Assembly (NCBI GenBank): GCA_046761065.1
Contig: JBHIFL010000061.1
Location: 1-25,053, forward strand
From: Candidatus Heimdallarchaeota archaeon
Lineage (GTDB): Archaea; Asgardarchaeota; Wukongarchaeia; Wukongarchaeales; JBHIFL01
Direction: 5' to 3'
Length of the DNA: 25,053 nucleotides
The notes under the pieces: generated by a model
What the model was told of the DNA's origin: nothing
What the model saw: only the letters and a program-made list of their open reading frames with translations
Database searches by the model: none
In this document: positions 9,172 to 18,149 of the stretch, piece after piece
Numbering within the stretch: the first letter of the stretch is position 1
Layout: every line of letters starts with the position of its first letter
Position numbers and translations under genes: made by a program

Positions 9172-10200
9172 TCAAGCCAATTTAACATCCGGATTCGAGT
9201 CTACGTCCCCACTCAATGTGATTCGGCCTTCATTTTCCAATTGTTTTAGAGATCTCATAATCGAGGCAGTGCTTACATGGAGCTTCATGGCAATCTTCAT
9301 AGCATTTGTTGACACATCTTCCTCGATAATAGTAAGCACTTTATCTTTCATTGTGAGTTCATGTGGAGTGGGAGCACTTACTACTTCAGGTCTTGTGCTA
9401 GGAGGTTCGATTGTTTGAACTTCAGGTTGAGCAGGAGTTGGTTCACGAGCTGGAACGGATACTGTAGGTTTCTTTAATAATGATGCTTCTAAGGATTCTA
9501 AACGACCAACAATCTCACGTAAATCCACTTCGGAGGGTACTCTTGTAGTTTCCAGCTGTGATTTTTCTAAAACTTCCAATCTACGCGAAATAGGACTTAA
9601 ATCAATTGTTGAGGGTGCTTTTAGCTTTACGATTTTTGAAACTGTGTTATCAAGAGTATCTAATCGGTTTAGGATATTCTTTAAATCTGTACTCGAGACT
9701 TCCGTGGTTGGTCGCTTAATGGTAGTAGTGAGGGTATCATCAAGTTCTGCTATTTTTCCACGGGCTGCCAAAACCTTGGTTTCTAGGTCATCAAGTTTGG
9801 TTTCCAGTTGAGTTAATCTCTCTATGTTCATGGGTTCGCTCGGAACTGCCTTAAGTTCGGGAGGCGTCTGTTGAACGGTTTCAAGTTTTGTGAGTGTTGT
9901 ATCAATCTGATCTATACGAGTCCTAATAGCTTCCATGTTGTCCTCAAGCGTTTGTAGTCTTTCTTCATCGAGTCTGGGGACAGTTTCGGTTACTCCCCCC
10001 AATCCAGTGTTACCTTCGGTAAGTTCGAATAATTTATTGACCATATTCGAGATAGCTTGAATCTCTCCATCTTGGCGTTTAAGCTCTGTCTTGAGATCCT
10101 CTAAATCTTCAGGAAACTGTTCCACCTTTTTTTTCATATCCATTACAACAATCTTAAGGGCTTTGAGGACTTTATCAATATTTATGACATCTTCTGGCAA
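9172..10200 (-). CDS. Segmented coiled-coil protein with C-terminal winged helix-turn-helix
   Basis: Repeated RLxxLE/D coiled-coil segments, a Pro/Thr linker, then KVLTIIEE...AMKIAMKLHVSTASIMRSLKQLENEGRI (wHTH). GGGAGG precedes the TTG start. Confidence 0.8.
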   Translation of the reverse strand: MPEDVINIDKVLKALKIVVMDMKKKVEQFPEDLEDLKTELKRQDGEIQAISNMVNKLFELTEGNTGLGGVTETVPRLDEERLQTLEDNMEAIRTRIDQIDTTLTKLETVQQTPPELKAVPSEPMNIERLTQLETKLDDLETKVLAARGKIAELDDTLTTTIKRPTTEVSSTDLKNILNRLDTLDNTVSKIVKLKAPSTIDLSPISRRLEVLEKSQLETTRVPSEVDLREIVGRLESLEASLLKKPTVSVPAREPTPAQPEVQTIEPPSTRPEVVSAPTPHELTMKDKVLTIIEEDVSTNAMKIAMKLHVSTASIMRSLKQLENEGRITLSGDVDSNPDVKLA

Positions 10201-10589
10201 TATTGATCCTCCCTTGGATGAGGTGTGTTATCGCTTCTAGAACTTTCTAAATAAGTTTCAATACTAATCTGCTAGGATATTTCATAATTCTTTACTAATA
10301 AAAACTCTTTCGAACCATTACAAAACAGATCCCAGAATCAGTAAGGCTGTTCCTTTGAAGTCTGGAGACTTCTTTTTGTCCTTTTATTGTCTGTTTATGC
10401 CCGTGTGATCCACTCGATTATAATATTCAGCCTATTGATTACAAGAGCGCAATAGATAATGTTTGGGCTAATCTATCAATTAAATGTTTTCGATTTTCTT
10501 TTAATTTATCTTAACACATGTTTCAATTCATTGAAATAGACGCATGGAGGGGTGTTTGGTGGCTGATACTTTTTCAAAAGGTGGATTTT

Positions 10590-11759
10590 TCATTTACTAA
10601 GAATTTGTTGGGCTTTATTCACACCATTTCCGGGTTCGATTTCGTAGTTACAACCTATGAGCGCCCGTTCAACGGCGCCGATGATTGCAAGCACATCGAA
10701 AGTGGTTATTCGCCCCATATGACCGATTCGGAAATATGTTGTTTTAATTTCTGGCTGCAATCCCCCTGCAACAATCACTCCGTTTTCAGCCATTTTGGCA
10801 CGAAACAGATCTCCATCAACCCCTTCTGGATAGAAAGGAGCAGTGAGGGTATGTGCAGCTTTTTCATCGCTTTTTGGGACAGTTTTCAAATTAAGGGCTC
10901 GGATTCCAGCTTTTACAGCATTACTTAATTTCACATGTCTCTTAAAGCACGTATCCATTCCCTCTTCGAGGATTTGATCGGTGCTCTCTTTAAGTGCAAG
11001 AATCAAATTCACAGCGGGAGTGCCAAAATAACTGGGACGCCTTTCCTCATAAGCTTGCATAATAGGGAGCCAGTTTGCGATGTCACTATAGTAACTCGCA
11101 ACTGGAGTCTTTCGCGCCTTGTAAGTCTTTATCGCATGGTCACTGAGCATCAGTAGCGCTAAACCGGGGGGTACCCCAATCGCCTTCTGCGATGCTGTGA
11201 AGTATACATCGAGATTCCACGCGTCAAAGTGGGTCTCTTCAGCGGCAGCTCCGCAAACCCCATCAACGACCAACAAGGTGTCAAAATCTGCTACCACATC
11301 TCCTATTTCTTTGACGGGATTTAACACAGCGGTACTCGTATCGACTTGAGTTAGAGTAACTAACTTATAATCTTGTTCCTCTAACCTTTCTTTAACCCGT
11401 TGTGACGAAATTGTGTTACCAATTTCGGCTTTTAGCTCATCGACTTGAACACCAAGACGGTTACATATATCCACATATCGACTGCCAAAATACCCCGAAT
11501 TGCAGACAAGTACGTGATCTCCTCGTTCAATAAGATTGCAAACGGCGAACTCCATCGCAAGAGTACCGGAACCTGCGATAATAAATGGTTGACCACTCTT
11601 ACTAAGAAAAATCTCACGCATCTGTTCAAGGCATGTTCCAAAGGTGTCCATGAAGGATGGAGCAAGATGGCTGGGCGTTGGTGTTGACATTGCCCGCAAA
11701 ACGGCTGGATCGAAAGTAATTGGTCCTGGGATCATTAAGAGATTTCGTTCTGAAGGCAT
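10590..11759 (-). CDS. Class V PLP-dependent aminotransferase (alanine-glyoxylate/serine-pyruvate family)
   Basis: LLMIPGP, GSGTLAME, VDGVC, PLP lysine in ASQKA, FRIGHMG; GGAGGAG RBS. Confidence 0.95.
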   Translation of the reverse strand: MPSERNLLMIPGPITFDPAVLRAMSTPTPSHLAPSFMDTFGTCLEQMREIFLSKSGQPFIIAGSGTLAMEFAVCNLIERGDHVLVCNSGYFGSRYVDICNRLGVQVDELKAEIGNTISSQRVKERLEEQDYKLVTLTQVDTSTAVLNPVKEIGDVVADFDTLLVVDGVCGAAAEETHFDAWNLDVYFTASQKAIGVPPGLALLMLSDHAIKTYKARKTPVASYYSDIANWLPIMQAYEERRPSYFGTPAVNLILALKESTDQILEEGMDTCFKRHVKLSNAVKAGIRALNLKTVPKSDEKAAHTLTAPFYPEGVDGDLFRAKMAENGVIVAGGLQPEIKTTYFRIGHMGRITTFDVLAIIGAVERALIGCNYEIEPGNGVNKAQQILSK

Positions 11760-11983
11760 AATAACTCCTCCAAAAGATTAATAGAGGACACCTTTATGGT
11801 CTTTTCGCCTTTTCTAAAAAAACGGAGTGGGTTCTTAGACTGAGCTAACCTTGGGTTTTAATATCTTAGATTCATTGGTCTCTCGGGTTGAGCGACTATG
11901 CTGGATGAGGATTCGTGTGAACGTGCCCTTCTTCTAGAATCCAAACATTCGTCTTTATTTCCGGTAAAAAATCATTGCAACAA

Positions 11984-11991
11984 TTATAAAT
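11984..11991 (+). promoter_or_regulatory. Probable TATA box for the 12002-12754 gene
   Basis: TTATAAAT. Its position implies transcription starts after the ATG at 12002, so the real start codon is probably downstream (TTG 12041 or ATG 12068). Confidence 0.35.
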
Positions 11992-12001
11992 ACGAGAACT
12001 G

Positions 12002-12754
12002 ATGAATTTAAAAGTTGTAAGCAAAAGCAATAATCAAGTTTTGGGGGTTGTTTATATTCCGTTAATAATGGCATTTAAGGATGGAGTTCTTCAAGAAGTT
12101 CCTTCAAATCAGGCAAGCAACTTTGAGATCTTTGCGAAAATTGACGAACTCAGTCGAACAATGCACCTTGTGATTCCTTTTCACTGTTCAATGATTACGC
12201 GTCGGACAGTGGAACGTCAAGCGAGAAGCATCGCGAAAACCCGCTTTTATGAATTAGTCTTAGATGAATCAGAAAAAGTCCCTAGGGTTCCCAAAGAGAC
12301 AGCTAAAGAAGTTGAATTGGCTCCTTCCCCTCCTTCGATGAAGCGAGAACCTAAAGTCCCTATTACCACTGAAACTATTGAACCTGAAGAACCAGTAACC
12401 GAAAAAAAGGCAGAACTCAAACTGACAATTCCCGAATTGAACGTTCTCGATGAACAAACAAAATCGAGACTGATTTTGAAGACTGCGAAGTATCTAGGGT
12501 TTGATTCGGGGGACTTTTTCGCGGCGATGTTTCTCTGGCGCGTCCTTGTCAATACTATCAAACTCGATAACGTTGTCAAGCTTGGCAGTACTGTGACCCT
12601 CCAATGGGATGATGGTGGGGCTCTTGAATTCTCGATAGAAGATAACAAAGAACTCTCGAATCTTTTAGTCCTTAGTGTTCTTGGCCATAAAGCCACTTTG
12701 ATCAAGGATCTCTGGCGAGAAGCTATGAATTGGCAAAAACAAATTAAAGATTGA
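12002..12754 (+). CDS. Hypothetical two-domain protein; N-domain possibly a degenerate gelsolin-like fold, with a Pro/Glu linker
   Basis: DGVLQEV...IFAKID..SRTMHLVIP..SMITRRTVERQARSIAK follows the strand-strand-long-helix pattern of gelsolin repeats. The start codon is uncertain. Confidence 0.7.
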   Translation: MNLKVVSKSNNQVLGVVYIPLIMAFKDGVLQEVPSNQASNFEIFAKIDELSRTMHLVIPFHCSMITRRTVERQARSIAKTRFYELVLDESEKVPRVPKETAKEVELAPSPPSMKREPKVPITTETIEPEEPVTEKKAELKLTIPELNVLDEQTKSRLILKTAKYLGFDSGDFFAAMFLWRVLVNTIKLDNVVKLGSTVTLQWDDGGALEFSIEDNKELSNLLVLSVLGHKATLIKDLWREAMNWQKQIKD

Positions 12755-12882
12755 AAACATAGGTTATTTGAATAAAGAGTAGCTATTAGTTTACTATATC
12801 CCTTCCAAAAAGGAGATCGCTATTGACCTAAAATCTGATTATCACTTGAAAGCAAAGCAAAAACAAAGGAGGGTTAACATAC

Positions 12883-13506
12883 ATGATAGTTCCAGAAATG
12901 GAGGAAGATACAAGAACAAGACGAAAACTACACCAGATTCAAAAAGATCTAAGAACACTTGGCCTCAAAAGGTACCTCTTAATAGCATTAGAGTTTAATA
13001 ATTTTGAAAAAGCGTCAATATCCATTTTAAGACGATGGCGTGGCTTGACCGAAGCGCGTATAGCGCAAGTGATAAACTTGCTTGTTGAACTCGGGCATTT
13101 AGTAAAATTAATCACATTCCAAAGCACGGGAAATGTCTCTTCTGTTCCTTTGATGTTTAATGATGGCCAATCTCAAGATGCAGTAGCTGAATCAACACTT
13201 GTCACAAGTCTAATTGCATCCTTGCTTTACAAGGATGAGAACGTTGCAATTGGAGAAGTGCCTGTTACATTAGCCCTCTATAATTGTGGGATCAGAAAGC
13301 CCTTGATTTACGTGTGTATTAGCAGCATACAATCTGCTTTGGTCATAGGGATCTTGGGTAAACCGCCTCTTCGTGAGATAATTCCACAAATCAAAGTAAC
13401 TCTCCACAATTTTTTAGCACTGTTCGAGGCAGGCTCCCTTGAACAAACGGAGTTTCAAATGGTTCCCACACTTCTCCAAAAAGGTAAGAATAGTGAAAAA
13501 TGCTAA
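12883..13506 (+). CDS. Putative wHTH plus Roadblock/MglB-like fusion protein
   Basis: ASISILRRWRGLTEARIAQVINLLVELGHLV is wHTH-like. The C-terminal ~120 aa has a strand-helix-three strands-helix pattern. GGAGG RBS; 15-nt gap to the GTPase gene. Confidence 0.65.
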   Translation: MIVPEMEEDTRTRRKLHQIQKDLRTLGLKRYLLIALEFNNFEKASISILRRWRGLTEARIAQVINLLVELGHLVKLITFQSTGNVSSVPLMFNDGQSQDAVAESTLVTSLIASLLYKDENVAIGEVPVTLALYNCGIRKPLIYVCISSIQSALVIGILGKPPLREIIPQIKVTLHNFLALFEAGSLEQTEFQMVPTLLQKGKNSEKC

Positions 13507-13521
13507 GTAGAGGGAGTTAAT

Positions 13522-14076
13522 ATGGTGAATATTGGCATCCTTGGCTATGCCTCTGTAGGAAAGACTTCACTTTTCAATCTTTTTCGGAAAAAATTCAAAG
13601 AACGTGGAGGAAATATTTTGGGTGGTCAGCTTGGGGGTGCAAAAAAAGGAAACACAGTCACAATAGATTTTATCCGATTTATCCATACGACAGAGCCGCA
13701 AGATAGTAAAATTGTACACACATTATACGGCACTGGCGGGCATAGGCACCGAATTACGGATTATTATCGCTCTTTTGTGATAAGAAATTCTGATGTCTTC
13801 ATTTGCATGTTCGACCTGTCGATTGGCTTGGAACCGCAACTTACCTTTTATGAACAGTTTGAATTACCCGTACGGAGTATAGTATTGGTTTTTAACAAAT
13901 TTGACCTCGCTGAGAAACCAATTGTTGAACATTTCATAGCTCAAACTGAAGATTTCTTTGTTAACAAGAAAAAAAAGCTGATTTTCGATCGTTACATCAC
14001 GTGTGCGATCCCAAAAAGTCAGTATGCCATATACAACGAAAATGCGGTGAATTCAGTCTTAATACTTTGTAATTAG
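13522..14076 (+). CDS. Small GTPase, MglA/CvnD-like (Arf-related)
   Basis: G1 GYASVGKT, G2 TVTIDF, G3 LYGTGGH (GTPGQ-type rather than DxxGQ), G4 NKFD, G5 CAI; GAGGGAG RBS. Confidence 0.9.
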   Translation: MVNIGILGYASVGKTSLFNLFRKKFKERGGNILGGQLGGAKKGNTVTIDFIRFIHTTEPQDSKIVHTLYGTGGHRHRITDYYRSFVIRNSDVFICMFDLSIGLEPQLTFYEQFELPVRSIVLVFNKFDLAEKPIVEHFIAQTEDFFVNKKKKLIFDRYITCAIPKSQYAIYNENAVNSVLILCN

Positions 14077-14224
14077 GATGATTTTGTTAAACTCTCTTAA
14101 TTAATTCTTCTTTTACCCTTTATGCGACATATCGTAGCGTTACTTGCGTTCCAAAAAAGAGGTTATGAGAAATGATTTTATAGAATTATATACTATAAAA
14201 CACTCATATTTCATTTATTTAAGA

Positions 14225-14833
14225 TTATTTTGTGATTATTTTTTCCCAAGCGCGTTTAAAAATCTCTTCTGGAGTTTTAGTCGCATCAATCGAGATCCAC
14301 TCGCCAAGAATGTTTGTTTCGCTCATTGTTTGATACGTCTTCCTAACATTTGTTAAAAGCTCGAAATTGGTTTCATGGATGTCTAATTTCCCTTTTTCTT
14401 GGCGTTTGCGTTGAATACTCACATCAGGAGAAATATCTAAATAGAATATAAAATTGGGTCTCTCAAATTGGAGCAGCTGAGCTAGTTGGACAGCTTTTGT
14501 GTATGGGACTCCTAGGGAACTTTCATATGCTATCGCCGAAGTCACATAACGATCACATATTACAATCCCTCCTTGCTGCCGAAAGGTCTCTATTCGTTTT
14601 TGATCTTTTAGTTGGTCAGATGCGTAAGTCAAAAATAATAGAACGGGAGAAAGTTTCAGTGTTCCTCGGAGATAGTCCTTTATTATCTTCCCCCAAGGGC
14701 TTGTATAGTCAGGGTATTTAAGTTTTAGACAAGGAATACGTCGTTGATTACACTTATGAACAATATTATTCGATAAGGTCTCCCCACCGGCTCCATCTAT
14801 CCCCTCGACTACAATAAATACTCCATGGTTCAT
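14225..14833 (-). CDS. tmk: Thymidylate kinase family protein with non-canonical P-loop
   Basis: IVVEGIDGAGGET, KYPDY, CDRYVTSAIAYE, YLDISPDVSIQR, DIHE; the Walker A Lys is absent. Confidence 0.85.
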   Translation of the reverse strand: MNHGVFIVVEGIDGAGGETLSNNIVHKCNQRRIPCLKLKYPDYTSPWGKIIKDYLRGTLKLSPVLLFLTYASDQLKDQKRIETFRQQGGIVICDRYVTSAIAYESSLGVPYTKAVQLAQLLQFERPNFIFYLDISPDVSIQRKRQEKGKLDIHETNFELLTNVRKTYQTMSETNILGEWISIDATKTPEEIFKRAWEKIITK

Positions 14834-14845
14834 TTTAATCCCTCT

Positions 14846-15577
14846 CTAGATCGCACTGACCGACTGCATCAGAATTATCCCATTATCTTCTGGTTCCCAT
14901 TCCTTGTAGCATTCATTACAATGAAAATAAGTCAATACGGTTTTCTTTCCAGCGACACGGCATTCGTATTTCCTTGAGATGATTTTTTCCCCACCACATC
15001 GAGGACACGTTCCAGATGCTGATTTTGAGGTGTCTGACAAGAGACACCAAATCCTACTTAATAATGATTGGTGGTAGATTTTTGAATCCCGAATCTTGGA
15101 TATTATGAGCGGATCTGCTCTAATTCGAACCATTAGGACGTTATTAAGAATTTTGTTTCGGTTCTGGCTTTCCGTGGAGTTATAGATGGCTTTACATTCC
15201 CCTACCACATTTAAACCGCCTAAAGCTATTAACAATTCTGGAGCAAAGGGCAAATTTGAAATATAAAAGAGTTGAGGGGTTTCATTAAGTAGATTAAATA
15301 CTTTACTAAAAGATATAAATGCCTTCGAAATTTTGGGATCATCACAAGTGTGTTGAGTTTCTCTTTCCTCATAAAAATCGCAAATTGCAAACACAGGGTT
15401 CTTTTTTTCATCCAGACAGACCATATCAAAGGCCAAGCGCTCGCGGAGCTCTGCGAGGTGAGTTGCTTTCTCACCAAGCGGAAATCGGTTATCTGAAAAT
15501 TTGTGTTGAATCACTCGAAAACCATTTGCTCGGAAAAAATCTCTAGCCAAATAAACGAAAAGTTGGAATTTTTGCAT
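14846..15577 (-). CDS. Degenerate PD-(D/E)XK-like domain fused to a C-terminal TFIIS/TFS-type zinc ribbon
   Basis: ARDFFRANGFRV...FDMVCLDEKKNPVFAICD resembles an Mrr-like fold start. The C-terminus is CPRCG...TYFHCNECYKEW. AGGTGA RBS favours the ATG at 15577; 12-nt gap to tmk. Confidence 0.7.
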   Translation of the reverse strand: MQKFQLFVYLARDFFRANGFRVIQHKFSDNRFPLGEKATHLAELRERLAFDMVCLDEKKNPVFAICDFYEERETQHTCDDPKISKAFISFSKVFNLLNETPQLFYISNLPFAPELLIALGGLNVVGECKAIYNSTESQNRNKILNNVLMVRIRADPLIISKIRDSKIYHQSLLSRIWCLLSDTSKSASGTCPRCGGEKIISRKYECRVAGKKTVLTYFHCNECYKEWEPEDNGIILMQSVSAI

Positions 15578-16112
15578 AAAATCACCTTTAAACAATAGCT
15601 TGTCTATTATTTAGGAATCCTCAAGATTATAAACTTTTGAATCCTCATCCAAGTCTTTAGGGATTAGTTTATGAATTTTTGTTGTGGGTAATCATCAAAT
15701 CTTAACGTTTTTTTAAAGGATTGTAGCCATTGGCTTGGGATGGTCTTTAAAAAGTTAAGACACGTTCCTTCATTTCAGGATTTTCGCGTATTTTTTTCTT
15801 CATTGATTGGTCAATAACACAATTTAAACTATACTTTTATCTGCGGATTTTTATAAGTTCCATGCCCTATGAGGTCCAAAAGCTGAAGAAAACGTTTTTA
15901 ATTATTTAGAGAATGTTTTTATAAGTAAATTGCCTTTGGCATCTCGAAAACATAAGGTGATCTCAACAAAAATCATTATGTTGAGAAAAATACATATAAA
16001 AGGAGATTTTAGCTGTTATCTCCCTTCGAAGAGAATATACAGTCTGCTGAATTAAAACCTTACGTAAAGAAAACATTAACGAATTTAGTTTGTTTATAAA
16101 GAGGGGGAAATA

Positions 16113-18080
16113 ATGGAAGAAACCCCAAAATTCTCACCTAATAAAAAGATAGAGGAAAAGCCAACAGGAAAGGAACCAACGCCGCCTCCAGCAGAGGAGG
16201 TTCCAGCCCCAACGCCGCCTCCAGCAGAGGAGGTTCCAGCCCCAACGCCGGTTGAAAGAGCTTCCTTGGTAAAAAAAGAAGTTCCTCTTCCTCTAGAAGG
16301 GAAACGCATCATTGTGGACTTCTCAGAGAAGGAAGAATGTGTTCTCGGTCCAGCAAATGAAGTAACATTTTATGAAGGGACAGGTGTTTTAACCCTCGAA
16401 AATTCATGCACAAGTGAAAGTCTTTGGAATAACAACATCGAGCTAACTCAAACTGAAGGAACAGAAGATCTTCGTGCTGGGAATTATCTGGCAGCGGATC
16501 TCGATGCAGGTAATGAATGGAAGAAGCCATATAAGCTACTATCGAGCTCACCAATTCTCCAAATCAAAGAGCAAATTGACACCGACTTTCAGGGTGAAGG
16601 TGAACCCCTTGATTTCACAAGGCGTATGCTAATTTTTGGGGAAGAAACCTCCACAATTTTTCAAATAACAATAACAAACCGCCATCAAAAACCGATCAAC
16701 AAGGTAGTCCTTATGAAAGAAATGCCTGGGCCCTATGAGTTTCCTCCACGGCTTTTAGTACCATACCAAGGGGAAGTCGAGTTTGATGCTGATAAAAAAA
16801 GGGTTACTTGGACTCTTACAAGCCTAGAAAGTGAGCAACCGACAACCCTCTCTATTGTAGCGACCATTACCCCTAAGGATGTTGAGCCATTAGAAACTGG
16901 GATGATTGAAGCAACCTATGAAGTTTTCGGCTCAAATATGGTAAACATCCAACCTTGGGTCCACTCTTTGTGTGATGTGTTTTTCTTTGTAGAGACAGCT
17001 GAAAGTGATGAACCTGGACAATGGCACTGTACCGCCGAATTTGAAGGAAATAATGAGTTATTAACGGTTCTTGAGACGGTACAAATCTCAATCGATGGAA
17101 ACATCGTTTTCGCAGATAGTCCGAATGAGGGTCTCCCGGCAAAAGGTGTATGGTCGGCAGATTTTCAAGTTCAGGGCGAAAAACCTCCGATTTTTCAGAA
17201 AGAAATGAACTATTATATCCCTTGGATTGTTAGACGGTCAATATCTAGTCATATAAAGAAACGAGCAGATCTCACACCTATTATCAAAACTATGACCGAA
17301 AAGACATTTGATCCTCCGATTGTCAACACCTATGCGAGAACATTGGTTAACGTCGACGCGAAAGTAACAAATGTTGGATCAGCAGCCATTGACAAGATTG
17401 TGTTCTATGATACCATTCCAGAGTATTTTAAGATCGCAGAAGATTCCAAACCTCAAGTGTTTCTTGGGGAAGAAAATGTTACTCAACTGGTAACCATTGA
17501 ACCTACCGACATTGTAGCAAAGATAGAGGAGGAAAAATCTCTGAAAGTGACAATAACAGAACTCGAGGATCGATATGGAGGATTGAAGCCCGACCAAACG
17601 ATGAGTCTTCGCTACACAATGGAAGCTGCGAAACCAATCCCGGGAAGACGGTACTTGGCTCCACTTGAATCTGAAGCCTTCGCCAGTCCTCCTTCCGTTG
17701 TCCCAGCTATTTCAAATGCTAGTACAACCCGTGGCCCTCCTGAAATAGAGCTTAAATATGAGAAACGAGCGATAGGAGTAGGAAAAGCGGTGCGAAAGAC
17801 TCCTGATGGGCGATTTCAAGTCCGAATCAGAGTTAAAAATAACGGAGGAGTACCATTGGAATCCATTATGGTAAAAGATAGTGTTCCTAGCGATTTTGAG
17901 TGTTTTGATATCGAACCCAAGACAATAGACACTTCTGAACGCCTTGAAGGTGACTTGAAGACCATAACATGGCACATCCATCGATTAGATTCCGAAGATT
18001 CTCTGACTTTGAAGTTTAAAGTGAAGGGTAAACCAGGAGAATTCATACAGAAAGAACCTATCGTTGAAGTGAAGGGCTGA
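16113..18080 (+). CDS. Cytoplasmic multi-beta-sandwich protein, adaptin mu-homology/DUF11-like, with a Pro-rich N-terminal tail
   Basis: No signal peptide or TM helix. RIIVDFSEKEECVL...EGTGVLTLEN and GEVEFDADKKRVTWTL resemble mu-homology-domain strands, and there are three ITN/VTN/VKN...D/ExxP Ig-like modules. GAGGGGG RBS. Confidence 0.8.
   Translation: MEETPKFSPNKKIEEKPTGKEPTPPPAEEVPAPTPPPAEEVPAPTPVERASLVKKEVPLPLEGKRIIVDFSEKEECVLGPANEVTFYEGTGVLTLENSCTSESLWNNNIELTQTEGTEDLRAGNYLAADLDAGNEWKKPYKLLSSSPILQIKEQIDTDFQGEGEPLDFTRRMLIFGEETSTIFQITITNRHQKPINKVVLMKEMPGPYEFPPRLLVPYQGEVEFDADKKRVTWTLTSLESEQPTTLSIVATITPKDVEPLETGMIEATYEVFGSNMVNIQPWVHSLCDVFFFVETAESDEPGQWHCTAEFEGNNELLTVLETVQISIDGNIVFADSPNEGLPAKGVWSADFQVQGEKPPIFQKEMNYYIPWIVRRSISSHIKKRADLTPIIKTMTEKTFDPPIVNTYARTLVNVDAKVTNVGSAAIDKIVFYDTIPEYFKIAEDSKPQVFLGEENVTQLVTIEPTDIVAKIEEEKSLKVTITELEDRYGGLKPDQTMSLRYTMEAAKPIPGRRYLAPLESEAFASPPSVVPAISNASTTRGPPEIELKYEKRAIGVGKAVRKTPDGRFQVRIRVKNNGGVPLESIMVKDSVPSDFECFDIEPKTIDTSERLEGDLKTITWHIHRLDSEDSLTLKFKVKGKPGEFIQKEPIVEVKG
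16176..16250 (+). repeat. Perfect 33-bp tandem repeat, 2.3 copies (PTPPPAEEVPA)
   Basis: CCAACGCCGCCTCCAGCAGAGGAGGTTCCAGCC at 16176-16208 and 16209-16241, with a partial copy at 16242-16250. Confidence 0.95.
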
Positions 18081-18149
18081 CCTAATCCCTAATGAGAAAC
18101 TCAGTTTCCTTTTAAGAAAATGACCGATTCCCTAGACTAGACAAATCAT

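Noticed and set aside
10630-10645. GGGTTCGATTTC T-loop-like sequence
   Set aside because: Lies antisense within the aminotransferase CDS with no surrounding cloverleaf.
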